Source: Catajapyx aquilonaris (taxonomy: Eukaryota). From it: 20,000 nucleotides of DNA. Below the pieces are notes generated by a model. That model was given only the letters and a program-made list of their open reading frames with translations, did no database searches and was not told the DNA's origin. The position numbers were made by a program, and so were the translations under genes. The stretch covers positions 55,595 to 75,594 of the forward strand of contig KZ538793.1 in assembly GCA_000934665.2 (NCBI GenBank), in the 5' to 3' direction. Of this stretch, positions 10,587-20,000 are shown one piece after another (the first letter of the stretch is position 1; every line of letters starts with the position of its first letter).

Positions 10587-10970
10587 TTCCAGAGATTTCT
10601 TCTACATGTCAAAAAGTTTTATGTAGGCACGAATCTGTCTATGTATGTAGGAGTGGGGTGACATGCTGGAAAAAATATTGTTGAACTCTCCTGGATATTG
10701 ACACCCAGAAAACGCGGAGGTATAGCGGGCAGCGTTGTAAGTTCTTGGGTACTCGAATGGCTGTTGGCCATGGCAGGCAATGAGGATATGACACTCGGAA
10801 AAAGTCTAATACGAATTGTTGCGTGGTCGGGTGCCACCAGTAATACAGCCGAGGTGTGCCTGGAACTATGCTCTACACGTTTCCAGGAAAGCTCTGGGAA
10901 AATGAGTAGCGCGACTATAGTGGATTCAGGCAGTGAAAATGATCAAGTTTGCTCAAGGTTTGCTTCATGA
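10587..10970 (+). pseudogene. Decayed coding-like segment, paralogous to 12085-12388 (-)
   Basis: Long frame with one stop (FQRFLLHVKK...G*HAGKNIVELSWILTPRKRGGIAGSVVSSWVLEWLLAM...). 10696-10756 aligns to the reverse complement of 12322-12388 (shared tattgacacccagaa, cggaggt, S.WVLE). Confidence 0.4.
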
Positions 10971-10984
10971 GAAATGTTGATGAG

Positions 10985-11310
10985 CACTCACAAATCGCTC
11001 CAGGGGCGGGCTGCCCCGGGTCGGATCCTCCCCAAAAGAGGGTCAATGGGAAGGGCAAGATTATCTTAACCCCCCAAAAAATCCAGGGGTCGGTCTGCCC
11101 CAGTGCCAGCCGCCCAGATTGGAGGAGCAGACGAGAGGCCAACCCAAATGCACGGAGATCGTGCAATGCCGACTTGCTCCTCCATCTATGGAGGGCTAGA
11201 CCCGGGCAAACCGCCCCCTGGATTTTTTGGGGGGTGAAGATAATCCTGCCTTTCCCTTGACTTGAGTTTGGGGAGGATCCGGCCCGGGGCAGCCCGTCCC
11301 CGGATGAGTG
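10985..11310. mobile_element. GC-rich palindromic (foldback) MITE-like element, diverged
   Basis: Arms about 10999-11131 and 11174-11304 are reverse complements (cgggctgccccggg.cggatcctcccc; aagattatctt.acccccc aaaaaatccagggg; ggaggagca). Outer cactca/tgagtg. No clear TSD. Confidence 0.8.
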
Positions 11311-11609
11311 AATGCAATATTGCACTTTTGTTTATTTTGCATATCATAAACTCATTAAAAGGCACATGTTGACACTGCAATAAATTATGTAAATGTACTG
11401 TACTAGCTCACTGCCCATAACAGTACTGACCACCACATAGGCACATATGGTGCAAGAATAGGGGATCATATTGTAAATATTTGGAGGCAATATGTTGGAT
11501 TATTAATTGATTATCTTATGAAAGTGAAGACGATGCTGCACTGTGAGCACCTCCTGAAAATGGAGAAGAAAAGCATGCAACAACATGCACTGCAGTTCAG
11601 ACTGACCTA

Positions 11610-11899
11610 CTCTCTAAAAAAATAAGAGTTAAATTAACTCTTTTAAACCTTGAAAGTGGTCATTACCAAAAATGAGTTATAATAACTCTTTGCTGGAGTT
11701 CAAACAACTCTTTTAGTTCATTTCATCCTCCGAAGGAGTTAATGAATAACTCTTTCGGAGGATGAAATGAACTGAAAGAGTTGTTTTAACTCCAGCGAAA
11801 GAGTTATTATAACTCATTTTTGGTAATGACCACTTTCAAGGTTAAAAGAGTTAAAAAGAACCCAACTTGAGTTTTTTTAACTCTATTTTTTTTAGAGAG
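11610..11899. mobile_element. AT-rich near-perfect palindromic MITE with iterated GAGTT/AACTC motifs (CMC/EnSpm-like architecture)
   Basis: TA|CTCTCTAAAAAAA...TTTTTTAGAGAG|TA; symmetry axis near 11744; GAGTT/AACTC recurs throughout both arms; 2-bp TA flanks. Superfamily assignment is inference. Confidence 0.88.
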
Positions 11900-12084
11900 T
11901 ATGTATCTGGCATGAATGAAATTATTTCACTGATCTATTGTTCTCATGTTATGACATGCGCATGCAGTGTGAGGCTGAGACATAATTATGCTGTCATGCC
12001 TCCCCCAAAATATGTGTTGAATACAGAACTGATGTGTAAATACTCATATCGTTGCTCCAGATTTTGCAAAAAAAAAAAAAAAAA

Positions 12085-12835
12085 TCCGTGGGTTTGGGAC
12101 GTTTCAGAGTTTTGAGATGTACAGCAATTTCACGGGCCACTTATTTCGCCCCTTGCACATGCCCGCTCTTCAAAATATCTTTTCCTTTCATAAGAGCCAT
12201 TTTCAGGAGGTCAAGGGGTACGGTAACATTTAAGAAATCGCACTCCTTGGCCAATATTTCGCTCTTTTTCAGCGGCTTGAACTACATGCTTTTATACGGC
12301 CAGGGAGCGGCATTGTGGGGCTCTAGCACCCAACAGCTTAAGAATGTGGCCGCCAATGGCGCCACCTCCGATATTCTGGGTGTCAATACCCCACATACAA
12401 AATAATTATGATAATACTGTAAGAAATTTTACGAATGGGGTGCATCTCCCAGAACTGGAACACAAGAAAACACACAGTGCCAGGCATCGGATAATTCACA
12501 TTACTTTGTCAGTAGAATATGAACATATTACTGTATTCACCTCTGGGTGCATCCAAACAAATAGCGGGGAGTAAGAAGGGTCTTTTCAGCTTCACTATTT
12601 ACATCCACTAGCTGCAATGCCATATATCATAAATAATAACTACTCAAGCTTACATGCTGCACATTTTGCAACCAGACTAATGCATACATATAGGTAGCTG
12701 GATGGTCCCTGCCACTTTTGAACCAATTGAGTCAGAACCAGGAGGCACATCTTCAAGGATACCTTTCATCCGAACAAGTCATTTTCATCCATCACAATAA
12801 TGATTATTTGTGGTGTTAATGACTTTCCATTTCTG
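12085..12835 (-). pseudogene. Putative three-exon spliced pseudogene of unknown family
   Basis: Phase-consistent model: ~12835-12654 (...LVRMKGILEDVPPGSDSIGSKVAGTIQLPICMH*SWLQNVQH|gtaagc), 12611-12541 (ttgcag|LVDVNSEAEKTLLTPRYLFGCTQR|gtgaat), 12375-12085 (ISEVAPLAATFLSCWVLEPHNAAPWPYKSM*FKPLKKSEILAKECDFLNVTVPLDLLKMALMKGKDILKSGHVQGAK*VAREIAVHLKTLKRPKPTD). In-frame stops are present; the first intron is only 42 bp and the last acceptor is weak. Confidence 0.42.
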
Positions 12836-13539
12836 AGCATTCTGTCGCTATGTTCCCAATTTACCTTTTACCTTTTATAGTTTTATTATGATCAAATGCA
12901 TGCCATAGTGCATTATTTCAATACCAACTCAAGTAATTGTTTCTTTCTATATATAATTATGATTGCACTTACACCAAACCCATCCAAGGAGGGAAGATCC
13001 GGCATTTTGGAAGCAACGTCTCGGTGGTTTCTGAAAGATTCACAAATAGTCAGTATACAGTATAATGTTCATTATTGGCCTTACTGTCAAACAGGGTCAA
13101 GTAGGCAGAGAATTCTAAATTCAAAATGACAGTATCGATTAAACGTGCTCACCTGTGGCAAAAACTCTGAAGGAATGGAAGAGTTCGCAGTTTACAAGGT
13201 ACTGTTCCTATTCGCTATTCCAATATGGCAGTGCACAACTTGAACTGTTCAAGAACTTGAGAAATGACTGTGTTAGGAGCACTGAGTGCCTCAGGCATTG
13301 TCATACAATAATTTTCTCCAACAGTGCAAGAGGGACGTCATTTAGCATTTTCTATGCATTGTGTCTTTTATACTTGTGCTTGTCTTAAGAAGCATTCTAA
13401 ACATGTAGACCTTAAACATCATAAGTTACGAAGTCTATTCAGGAGGGGTAATTCTTAAAACATTTTAAATGGCCAAATGGGCCTTATTTTCGAAAAACAT
13501 TAACAGATTGAAGATTGTGGATTTATACTTGGACTTGTT

Positions 13540-13611
<72 letters not shown>
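13540..13611. repeat. (ATC)24 microsatellite
   Basis: Perfect 72-bp run, read directly. Confidence 0.97.
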
Positions 13612-16232
13612 GTGGGTTGTGAAAATATCCTATAAGTGCTGCAACCCACTCTTCATATTACACTCTCATACAGTAGGCTACAACAGTACAGTAAGCCTAG
13701 CTAGCTACTACTTCCCTACGCCCTACGGTACCCATGGTTGTGGATGTGTTGCTTGCATGATACGAGGATTGTACTTATAATTGGAGCAACTTTGACCTCA
13801 TCATGCAAATCAAACATGTAACATATAGCCAGATACAGCAGCACTGTACATTGCACTAATAGCCTGGGTCATGCACTGCACTGCACTGAACTGTTGCTGT
13901 TGAGGTAGGTATGGCCCAGGGTGACCAGCAATGACTCAATACAAATGGTGTTTTCCCGGTATTCATTTGTTTTGACACTTTCCCTCCTTATTTTTCTTAA
14001 CTTTTCATGGGAATAGTAATGCCGAAGTGAATAGAGAGGGGCTTCATACCATAAATATGTGCACAAGTAACTACAGCATAAAAATATGAGTTTTCCTTTT
14101 ATTTAAGTTACGTCTGAATGAAAACTTAAAACAAATATATCTGATATAATTATGAACCTCATCACAGACTAAGAGAATAGAAGCAAAATAAATGTAACAT
14201 ATTTTGGGTCAAGCTATATGCCATCTCTATTTCTTCAACTTTTTTCATTTTCTACTCCTATTTAAGCCGCATTTCCTGAAGTTCTTTCTTTCTTCCCTTC
14301 AAGTTCAATCAAAGCCCTCCTTTTATGTTCTTCATTGCCAGTTTGAAGTCGGGGCTCACAAATATAATAACTGTTAAGTATTAATCAGCATAGAGGAAGA
14401 AAATGGCTAACCACCGTAGGATTTTCGATTGAGACACCTTCTACACAGCATCATCCAATTAAACCGATCTGCTTATGAATAGGATTGATTTAATATTGTA
14501 TGTTATTATAATGATAATAAAGTCGAAGAATATATGCAGGCCTAACTTTGTAAACTATTAGCAAATAAAAATTAAGTCATGTGACACGTAGCGCCGCATT
14601 TGTCAGAGAATTTTTTTACCCGATGCCCATGGTCAACAACCTTTGCCCATCACGTTCTATTGAACTGAGAATGGCATTTAAAAAAAACAAAAAACAAAAA
14701 AAGAAGTTTTTTTTTTTGATACATGAATCAAGTACTTGAGATCCAACATAATTTGTATATTTCGTATGGAACGTGACCTTTCAGGCCCTTTTAACCCTGA
14801 CCAGCAGGATGGAATCGAGATTTTCCGATTTTAAAACTGCCGCGAGGATGCTACAGGAGCGCCACGGTCAGTGAACGAGTCAACTACTTTAGCTGTGATG
14901 TCACATATTACAGGTTTCTAGCCCAACGAGATCCTCATTTACCCTTTGCACTGAACCTATTGCACTGCGAGTTACCCATTGGGATCTCACCATGGCTACA
15001 CTTAGAAGTAAACAAGTAAATAAGGCAATACACATCAATGACTCAGTGTCAGTGCAGTAACCGTGGCTATCGTTCGATTTCCAAAATGTTCGATTCGAGA
15101 AATTACTTCGGATTAAGGCTAGGTCGATGACCTGAGGGACCGGAGCTAAACTGTACGAATAAATTACCCGATATATTCGACACAATGACAGGCGGTGCAA
15201 TTGACACAAAAATATGGAATCATATTCCTGATCAAGAATTCATATCCACTTGCATCCACCACAAGAGGGCCCCGGGCCTCCGCCTTTGCTTTCCCGAATG
15301 ATTCAATTAATTCCCAATGTCCCTTCTCCTCTAAAAAACTCAATGGATTATTACCACACAAATGCTCTAGTTGTTCTTCCTTATGACAACAATTACTGTC
15401 AGGACGTCAGGACTGACCAGTCTGGACTGAGAGCGGGTTTCTCTAACGTTCGATTGGGAACCTTCCTGATTGGCTGGTCCACACAGGTGGGAGGAGCGGA
15501 GCAAGATTAATAAATAGAACATGGACCAAAGTTAATCACTATTTACTCTACCGACAGCACCAGTGAGGGCGAAATTTTTAATAATAAAACTAGGATAAAA
15601 TTTTTGGAACAACGAACCTTCATCCATAGGGGTCAATAACCCCCCACCTCCCACCTCGGAACCATTGAATCAGTGCCTCCACATTCATTCGAACGCGGTC
15701 GAAACGTACCCCAAAACGTACCCTTGTCATTTAACTTTTCGCAGAAATGTACAGGGTGTTACAACTCAAATCATATTAATTAAAATAATTTCGTAGGCTA
15801 TATATGCTCTGGAGTCATACCAGGGTCATATCCACTCCATGATTCTTGCCATGATTTCATGCAATGTAACACATGATTCAGTGAAAGCAATACAAATATT
15901 TCCAAGTAATTTTTTTAAAAGTTTTTTATGTTTTTAAGTTTTATTTACCTGCGGGGCTTTATGGGCCCTTTTGCAGATTTCAAAGTAAATTAACTATGTT
16001 ATGATTCAACTTGCCGAAAAAGGTATTTTTTGTTATTGTTGCAATGTTATTGTTTTATAACAAGAAACCATTTTTAATCAGCCTGCTCTAAATCTCTAAT
16101 GGGACTTTTATACTTGAGAGATGCATAACGACTAACGTGAAACAAGTTGGCACAGATCCGTATTAGTGGGTCATTGATTCAAAGTCAGATTGGTACGTAC
16201 CCTACTCAAAATATACAGAAGTGTAGGTGCAA

Positions 16233-16619
16233 TGATTGTCCACGTCCATTGCTTGCTTTTTCTCTAGCACAGAAGCTGCAATGACAAGGAACAAGACAGT
16301 GTCATTGTGTCCCTATTTTCAAATATATGCTTCAGATACTCAATACCTGGTATGTTGGGTGGCCTGGGCTTATAATCACAAGCCCATGTAAGTTTCCATA
16401 CAAAGTATAAAAAAAACCATGTAAATTTTTTCAAGTACAGGGTATCCCACTCGCTACTTTACCTGACATTTCTTTAATAACTTTAACACAAACTTACCTT
16501 ACTTAATAACCTCATTATCTGAGAACGGAAATGGCATCACAACATGTGCTGTAAATGACTCCTATTTGTGCCCATGGGCAAGGCAGGCCTGAACACGACG
16601 CTCCACATTTTTGAAGGTC
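16233..16619. repeat. Direct duplicate of 17723-18111 (NOG1 exon pieces, intron and left end of the mariner derivative)
   Basis: Near-identical over about 390 bp at an offset of about 1490, with a few substitutions and small indels. Confidence 0.95.
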
Positions 16620-16681
16620 ATGGTCTTTAACTGTTGTATGAATTGGTCACTGGAACTCCCAAGCACAATTGATCTGTAATG

Positions 16682-16687
16682 TTTATT
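16682..16687 (-). promoter_or_regulatory. Candidate polyadenylation signal of the NOG1 fragment
   Basis: AATAAA on the minus strand about 190 nt downstream of the NOG1 stop, with overlapping copies adjacent. Confidence 0.4.
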
Positions 16688-16874
16688 TTTATTTATTTGC
16701 TTACCCAGTTCTTAGATTTCAATAAGCACAATAATTTAGCTGACTGTGACGACAAAGCTTCATCTGAAGCCATTTGCTGGTTGCCTTAATAATACTCGTA
16801 CATCGTAAAAAGGTCAATTAAAAACCTGCAACTTAAAAAGAACTGCTTATTTTCCCTCATTTCTGTAGACAAAT

Positions 16875-17878
16875 TTAACGCCGATCAGTCTTCCCAATTC
16901 CCCGTTTTCCACTGAACAGATGTTTGGGCATCTTGGCATAGATGGACCGATCCGCTTCACCCGTTTTGCCCTTCTTTACAAACAGGTTGTGATGAGACTT
17001 GATGGCAATCTTCGACACCTTCCTCTTAGCCTATGTATGAAATATAGTTTATGGTTACATTTGAATATATTTTTGGAGGCCTAATCATCATATTGATAAC
17101 GATACTAACCTCAGCATCGGGCTTAGACACAGACCGGTTGCGAGTGAAGTGGGCCTACAAATTAAAATATTGTTACTTGACTGCTAACTCTCATGGTTTT
17201 ACACAGTTATACCTCCTCTGTTCCAGACATGTCCACTCCCAGCGTTTCCATTTCACCTCTCAGTCGACTAGCACTTCTCCCCCGCTTCATGGCCCCTGCA
17301 GTTCTTGGTACAACTGGTTTGGTGCTGCTCTTTTTGATGTGGCTCAATCTTGAGCATTTTCTTCTTGTATTTGATCTTGCGGGCAAGGTCCCCGATCTCT
17401 TCCATAATCAGAATCATCATCAGGAAGGGGTGATTCATAAAATCCTGACGGCAACCTCAGTATAGTTGTTCTTCCTTCTCCAACTCCTCTAGTTTCTGTA
17501 ACAAACAATATTCATTAGAAGTCTTTCATCACAGGATCTTCATGCATGTCACAAGACCTGTAGTATGTCAGGATCAATGTAATCTGCAATATTGTGCCCT
17601 TCCCATATTCCAGGGATGGCATCATATTTGTATCCTCTGGTAGATCATAAGTTTTCTCCAGATCCAGGATGTAGTCATCACCCATCTTCTCCTCAATGTC
17701 TCGTTCTAGCTCTAATTTTGGTTGATTATCCAATTCCATTGCTTACTTTTTCTCTAGCACAGAAGCTGCAATGACAAGGAACAAGACAGTGTCATTGTGT
17801 CCCTATTTTCAAATATATGCTTCAGATACCGTACTCAATACCTGGTATGTTGGGTGGCCTGGGCTTATAATCACAAGC
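16875..17878 (-). pseudogene. NOG1: Nucleolar GTP-binding protein 1 C-terminal region; unprocessed, 5'-truncated pseudogene
   Basis: Exons: ~17878-17842 (CDYKPRPPNIP); 17765-17558 ([68 protein letters not shown]); 17495-17213 (KLEELEKEEQL*.../...MEEIGDLARKIKYKKKMLKIE/HIKKSSTKPVVPRTAG...EMETLGVDMSGTEE); 17154-17110 (AHFTRNRSVSKPDAE); 17030-16875 (AKRKVSK...[31 protein letters not shown]). These motifs match the NOGCT domain and C-terminus of NOG1/GTPBP4. Four GT-AG introns of 76, 62, 58 and 79 bp. Stop at 17743-17745 and several frameshifts; GTPase domain absent. Confidence 0.95.
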
Positions 17879-17933
17879 CCATGTAAGTTTCCATACAAAG
17901 TATTTAAAAAAACCATGCAAATTTTTTCAAGTA

Positions 17934-18605
17934 CAGGGTGTCCCACTCGCTACTTTACCTGACATTTCTTTAATAACTTTAACACAAACTTACCTTACTT
18001 AATAATTATTTCATTATCTGAGAAAGGAAATGGCATCACAACATGTACTGTAAATGACCACTATTTGTGCCCAGGCAGGCCTGAACACGACGCTCCACAT
18101 TTTTGAAGGTCCTGAGGCACTGCCTTAATTTCTTGGATGATGTTTTCTTTCAAGGCGTCGATGGATTGTGGTTTGTTTCAGTATATGTGCCACACATCAC
18201 ACGTCATCATGGCCAAAATGCAGTCCTTTTTTGGCAACTGAGTCAGTTTGAAGGGATTTTGGTCACTGTGTTTGCCAGATCTTATGCTGCCTGATTACTT
18301 CTTATGGGGCTATCTGAAACAAACCACAATCCATCGACACCTTGAAAGAAAACATCATCCAAGAATCTCAGGCAGTGCCTCAGGACATGCTGGCCAGGAC
18401 CTTCCAAAACAGCAAAATATGGAGCTTCACGTTCAGGCCTCCCTGGATGCAAATGGTGGTCTTTTCAACCACATGTTCTTTCAACAACATGCCATTTCCG
18501 TTCTCACATAATGAGGTTAGTTCAGTTCAAATGTTGTTGCGATATCTTCATTTGTGTTAGAGCTATTAAAGAAATGCTGGGTAAATTAGTGAGAGGGACA
18601 CCCTG
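17934..18605. mobile_element. Non-autonomous Tc1/mariner (rosa/DD41D-related) derivative made of two inverted 3' ends
   Basis: TA|CAGGGTGTCCC...GGGACACCCTG|TA. Plus-strand remnant from 18188: CHTSHVIMAKMQSFFGN*VSLKGFWSLCLPDLMLPDYFLWGYLK.../LKENIIQESQAVPQDMLARTFQN/MELHVQASLDANGGLFNHM. Minus-strand remnant from about 18190: NKPQSIDALKENIIQEIKAVPQD/FKNVERRVQACLGTNSGHLQYML*. Confidence 0.9.
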
Positions 18606-19139
18606 TACAAGTGGTGTCTAGTCAAGTATATAAATTTTATTCAATATTTTCTATCAGTAAATCATTAAGTCACCAATAAACACCTTAATGACCAAGGCAT
18701 GTATGTCATTTGCATATTTCATCAGCCCACATCACAGAGTGTGAAAATCCCCTGTTATGCTACAGCATAACAATTTCTGAGAGATAAAGGGAGTCCGGGA
18801 GGTTACCAAGAATGAAATACCTTTTTGGTAACATGATCCTTCGATGAAGGCATGTTGGGTGAAACGCACCTTCCACATATAAAACTGCCGGATTCGTGAT
18901 ATCTTATATTGCTTGTGAACAACTGTTGCTGTCTTCCACTGAGGTTTCCATAGCATAATGACGATGAACTCCTACAAAGACCAAATCAGCTTATTTAAAT
19001 TACACTAATTGGAAGATATAAAGTATACAATAAGGCATTACCTTAATCTTCTTATTCTTTCTTTGTCCTATAATTGCTTTTGAATCCATGATTGGTGTTA
19101 TATAAAAAATACAGAAACAAATGTCATGAACAAAATACT

Positions 19140-19298
19140 TTAATCTAATGTAATCACTTCCACCACCTGGCCCGACCTCTGTCTGGCCTCAGCAGCTCTG
19201 ACTAGGCGACCCAGAAGCCGGCCTGCAATCTTGTAGTTGCGGTAAAATTCCCGTATGGCTTGAAGCATAACAGTAGTGGCATCCTCTGGTCCATCAGG
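19140..19298 (-). CDS. Terminal coding exon (paralog B) of an unidentified gene; helix plus C-terminal SIM-like motif
   Basis: Acceptor cttgtctttttcacag| then phase-0 frame PDGPEDATTVMLQAIREFYRNYKIAGRLLGRLVRAAEARQRSGQVVEVITLD*. 15 of 31 identities to paralog A over an ungapped core, plus the shared VVEVIT[I/L]D tail. Confidence 0.72.
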   Translation of the reverse strand, partial: PDGPEDATTVMLQAIREFYRNYKIAGRLLGRLVRAAEARQRSGQVVEVITLD

Positions 19299-19325
19299 CT
19301 GTGAAAAAGACAAGTATGGAATAGG

Positions 19326-19456
19326 TTGTGTCAATCTGAAAACCACGGTCATGTGAATGTAGCCTGATATCTGGCTCAAATATAGAGAAATTTGTGTAAT
19401 TTATGCATAAAACCAGGACCACATATCACACACCACTTTTCTGGACATAAGTACAT
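19326..19456 (-). other. Conserved intronic block (copy B), candidate structured RNA or splicing element
   Basis: Aligns to 9186-9322; see findings. Confidence 0.5.
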
Positions 19457-19513
19457 TGAGATCAAGAATAATTAATGAAGAGAGAGGGGGAAGAGGGAGG
19501 GAGAGTAGGGAGG

Positions 19514-19595
19514 NNNNNNNNNNNNNNNNNNNNNNNNNNNNNNNNNNNNNNNNNNNNNNNNNNNNNNNNNNNNNNNNNNNNNNNNNNNNNNNNNN

Positions 19596-19635
<40 letters not shown>
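19514..19635. repeat. Assembly gap (N 19514-19595) followed by a (GA)n microsatellite
   Basis: Read directly. Confidence 0.96.
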
Positions 19636-19638
<3 letters not shown>

Positions 19639-20000
19639 GGGGTGTTGAAAATCAAATAACCCCATATGGATGTGCCAATTTCATTTCCTGCAGCAAAATC
19701 AATTCAATATTTGAAGACCACAGGGGAAAAAGGGGGAATGTCCAATTCCATTGAGTTTGCTGCCAAGTGCACATTACAATAGTAGCGTAGGTGCCCCTTA
19801 CACCTAGAGGGTGCCCATGGGTAGAAGTGAGTTAGTTCCAGAGATATAATGGCTTGAAGATATCCCGTACTGGGGAAGAACGAGGAACGTCCACGTCGTA
19901 CATGGCAGAAAAGGGGATAGTCCAAAACGCGCAATGACGTCCCTGGCGGACACTGCTTGTGCTGGCCTGTTTTGGACCAGTCGGCTTTTAACATCCTTGC

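Noticed and set aside
11610..11899. CRISPR-like array of GAGTT/AACTC repeats
   Set aside because: The repeats are 5-7 bp, occur in both orientations and lie inside one palindrome in a eukaryotic context; there is no repeat-spacer structure.
12437..12451. WEMHP peptide shared with the 270-641 frame
   Set aside because: Flanking residues do not align, so it is treated as coincidence.
15750..15775. Solo TA|CAGGGTGTTAC terminus (a similar cagggtgagtcc occurs near 1249)
   Set aside because: No matching opposite TIR in the window; at most an unassignable remnant.
16233..18605. RIP- or APOBEC-like hypermutation as the cause of C-to-T stop codons
   Set aside because: Too few polarised sites; ordinary CpG and transition decay is sufficient to explain them.
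19299..19379. N-terminal part of the 79-aa ORF 19140-19379 as real coding sequence
   Set aside because: It runs through a conserved splice acceptor and the paralog is out of frame here by a 4-nt indel.

Overview
Eukaryotic (metazoan, probably insect/arthropod, inferred from the repeat types and short GT-AG introns), repeat-rich window with no complete protein-coding gene that I can support. It contains: (i) an intron-retaining, 5'-truncated pseudogene fragment of nucleolar GTP-binding protein 1 (NOG1/GTPBP4) on the minus strand (16875-17878), with a partial direct duplicate 1490 bp to the left; (ii) five MITE-like or palindromic DNA elements, plus a Tc1/mariner derivative built from two transposon 3' ends fused in inverted orientation; (iii) three copies of one tRNA-derived SINE family, each with its own target-site duplication, plus a decayed second SINE; (iv) microsatellites and assembly gaps; (v) several decayed, unidentified coding-like segments. 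The most interesting signal is a pair of paralogous, intact minus-strand terminal exons about 10.1 kb apart (9019-9162 and 19140-19298). Each encodes an amphipathic helix ending in a SUMO-interacting-motif-like tail (VVEVIT[I/L]D). Each is preceded by a sharply bounded ~135-nt intronic block that is better conserved than the exon itself, a candidate intron-encoded RNA or splicing element.
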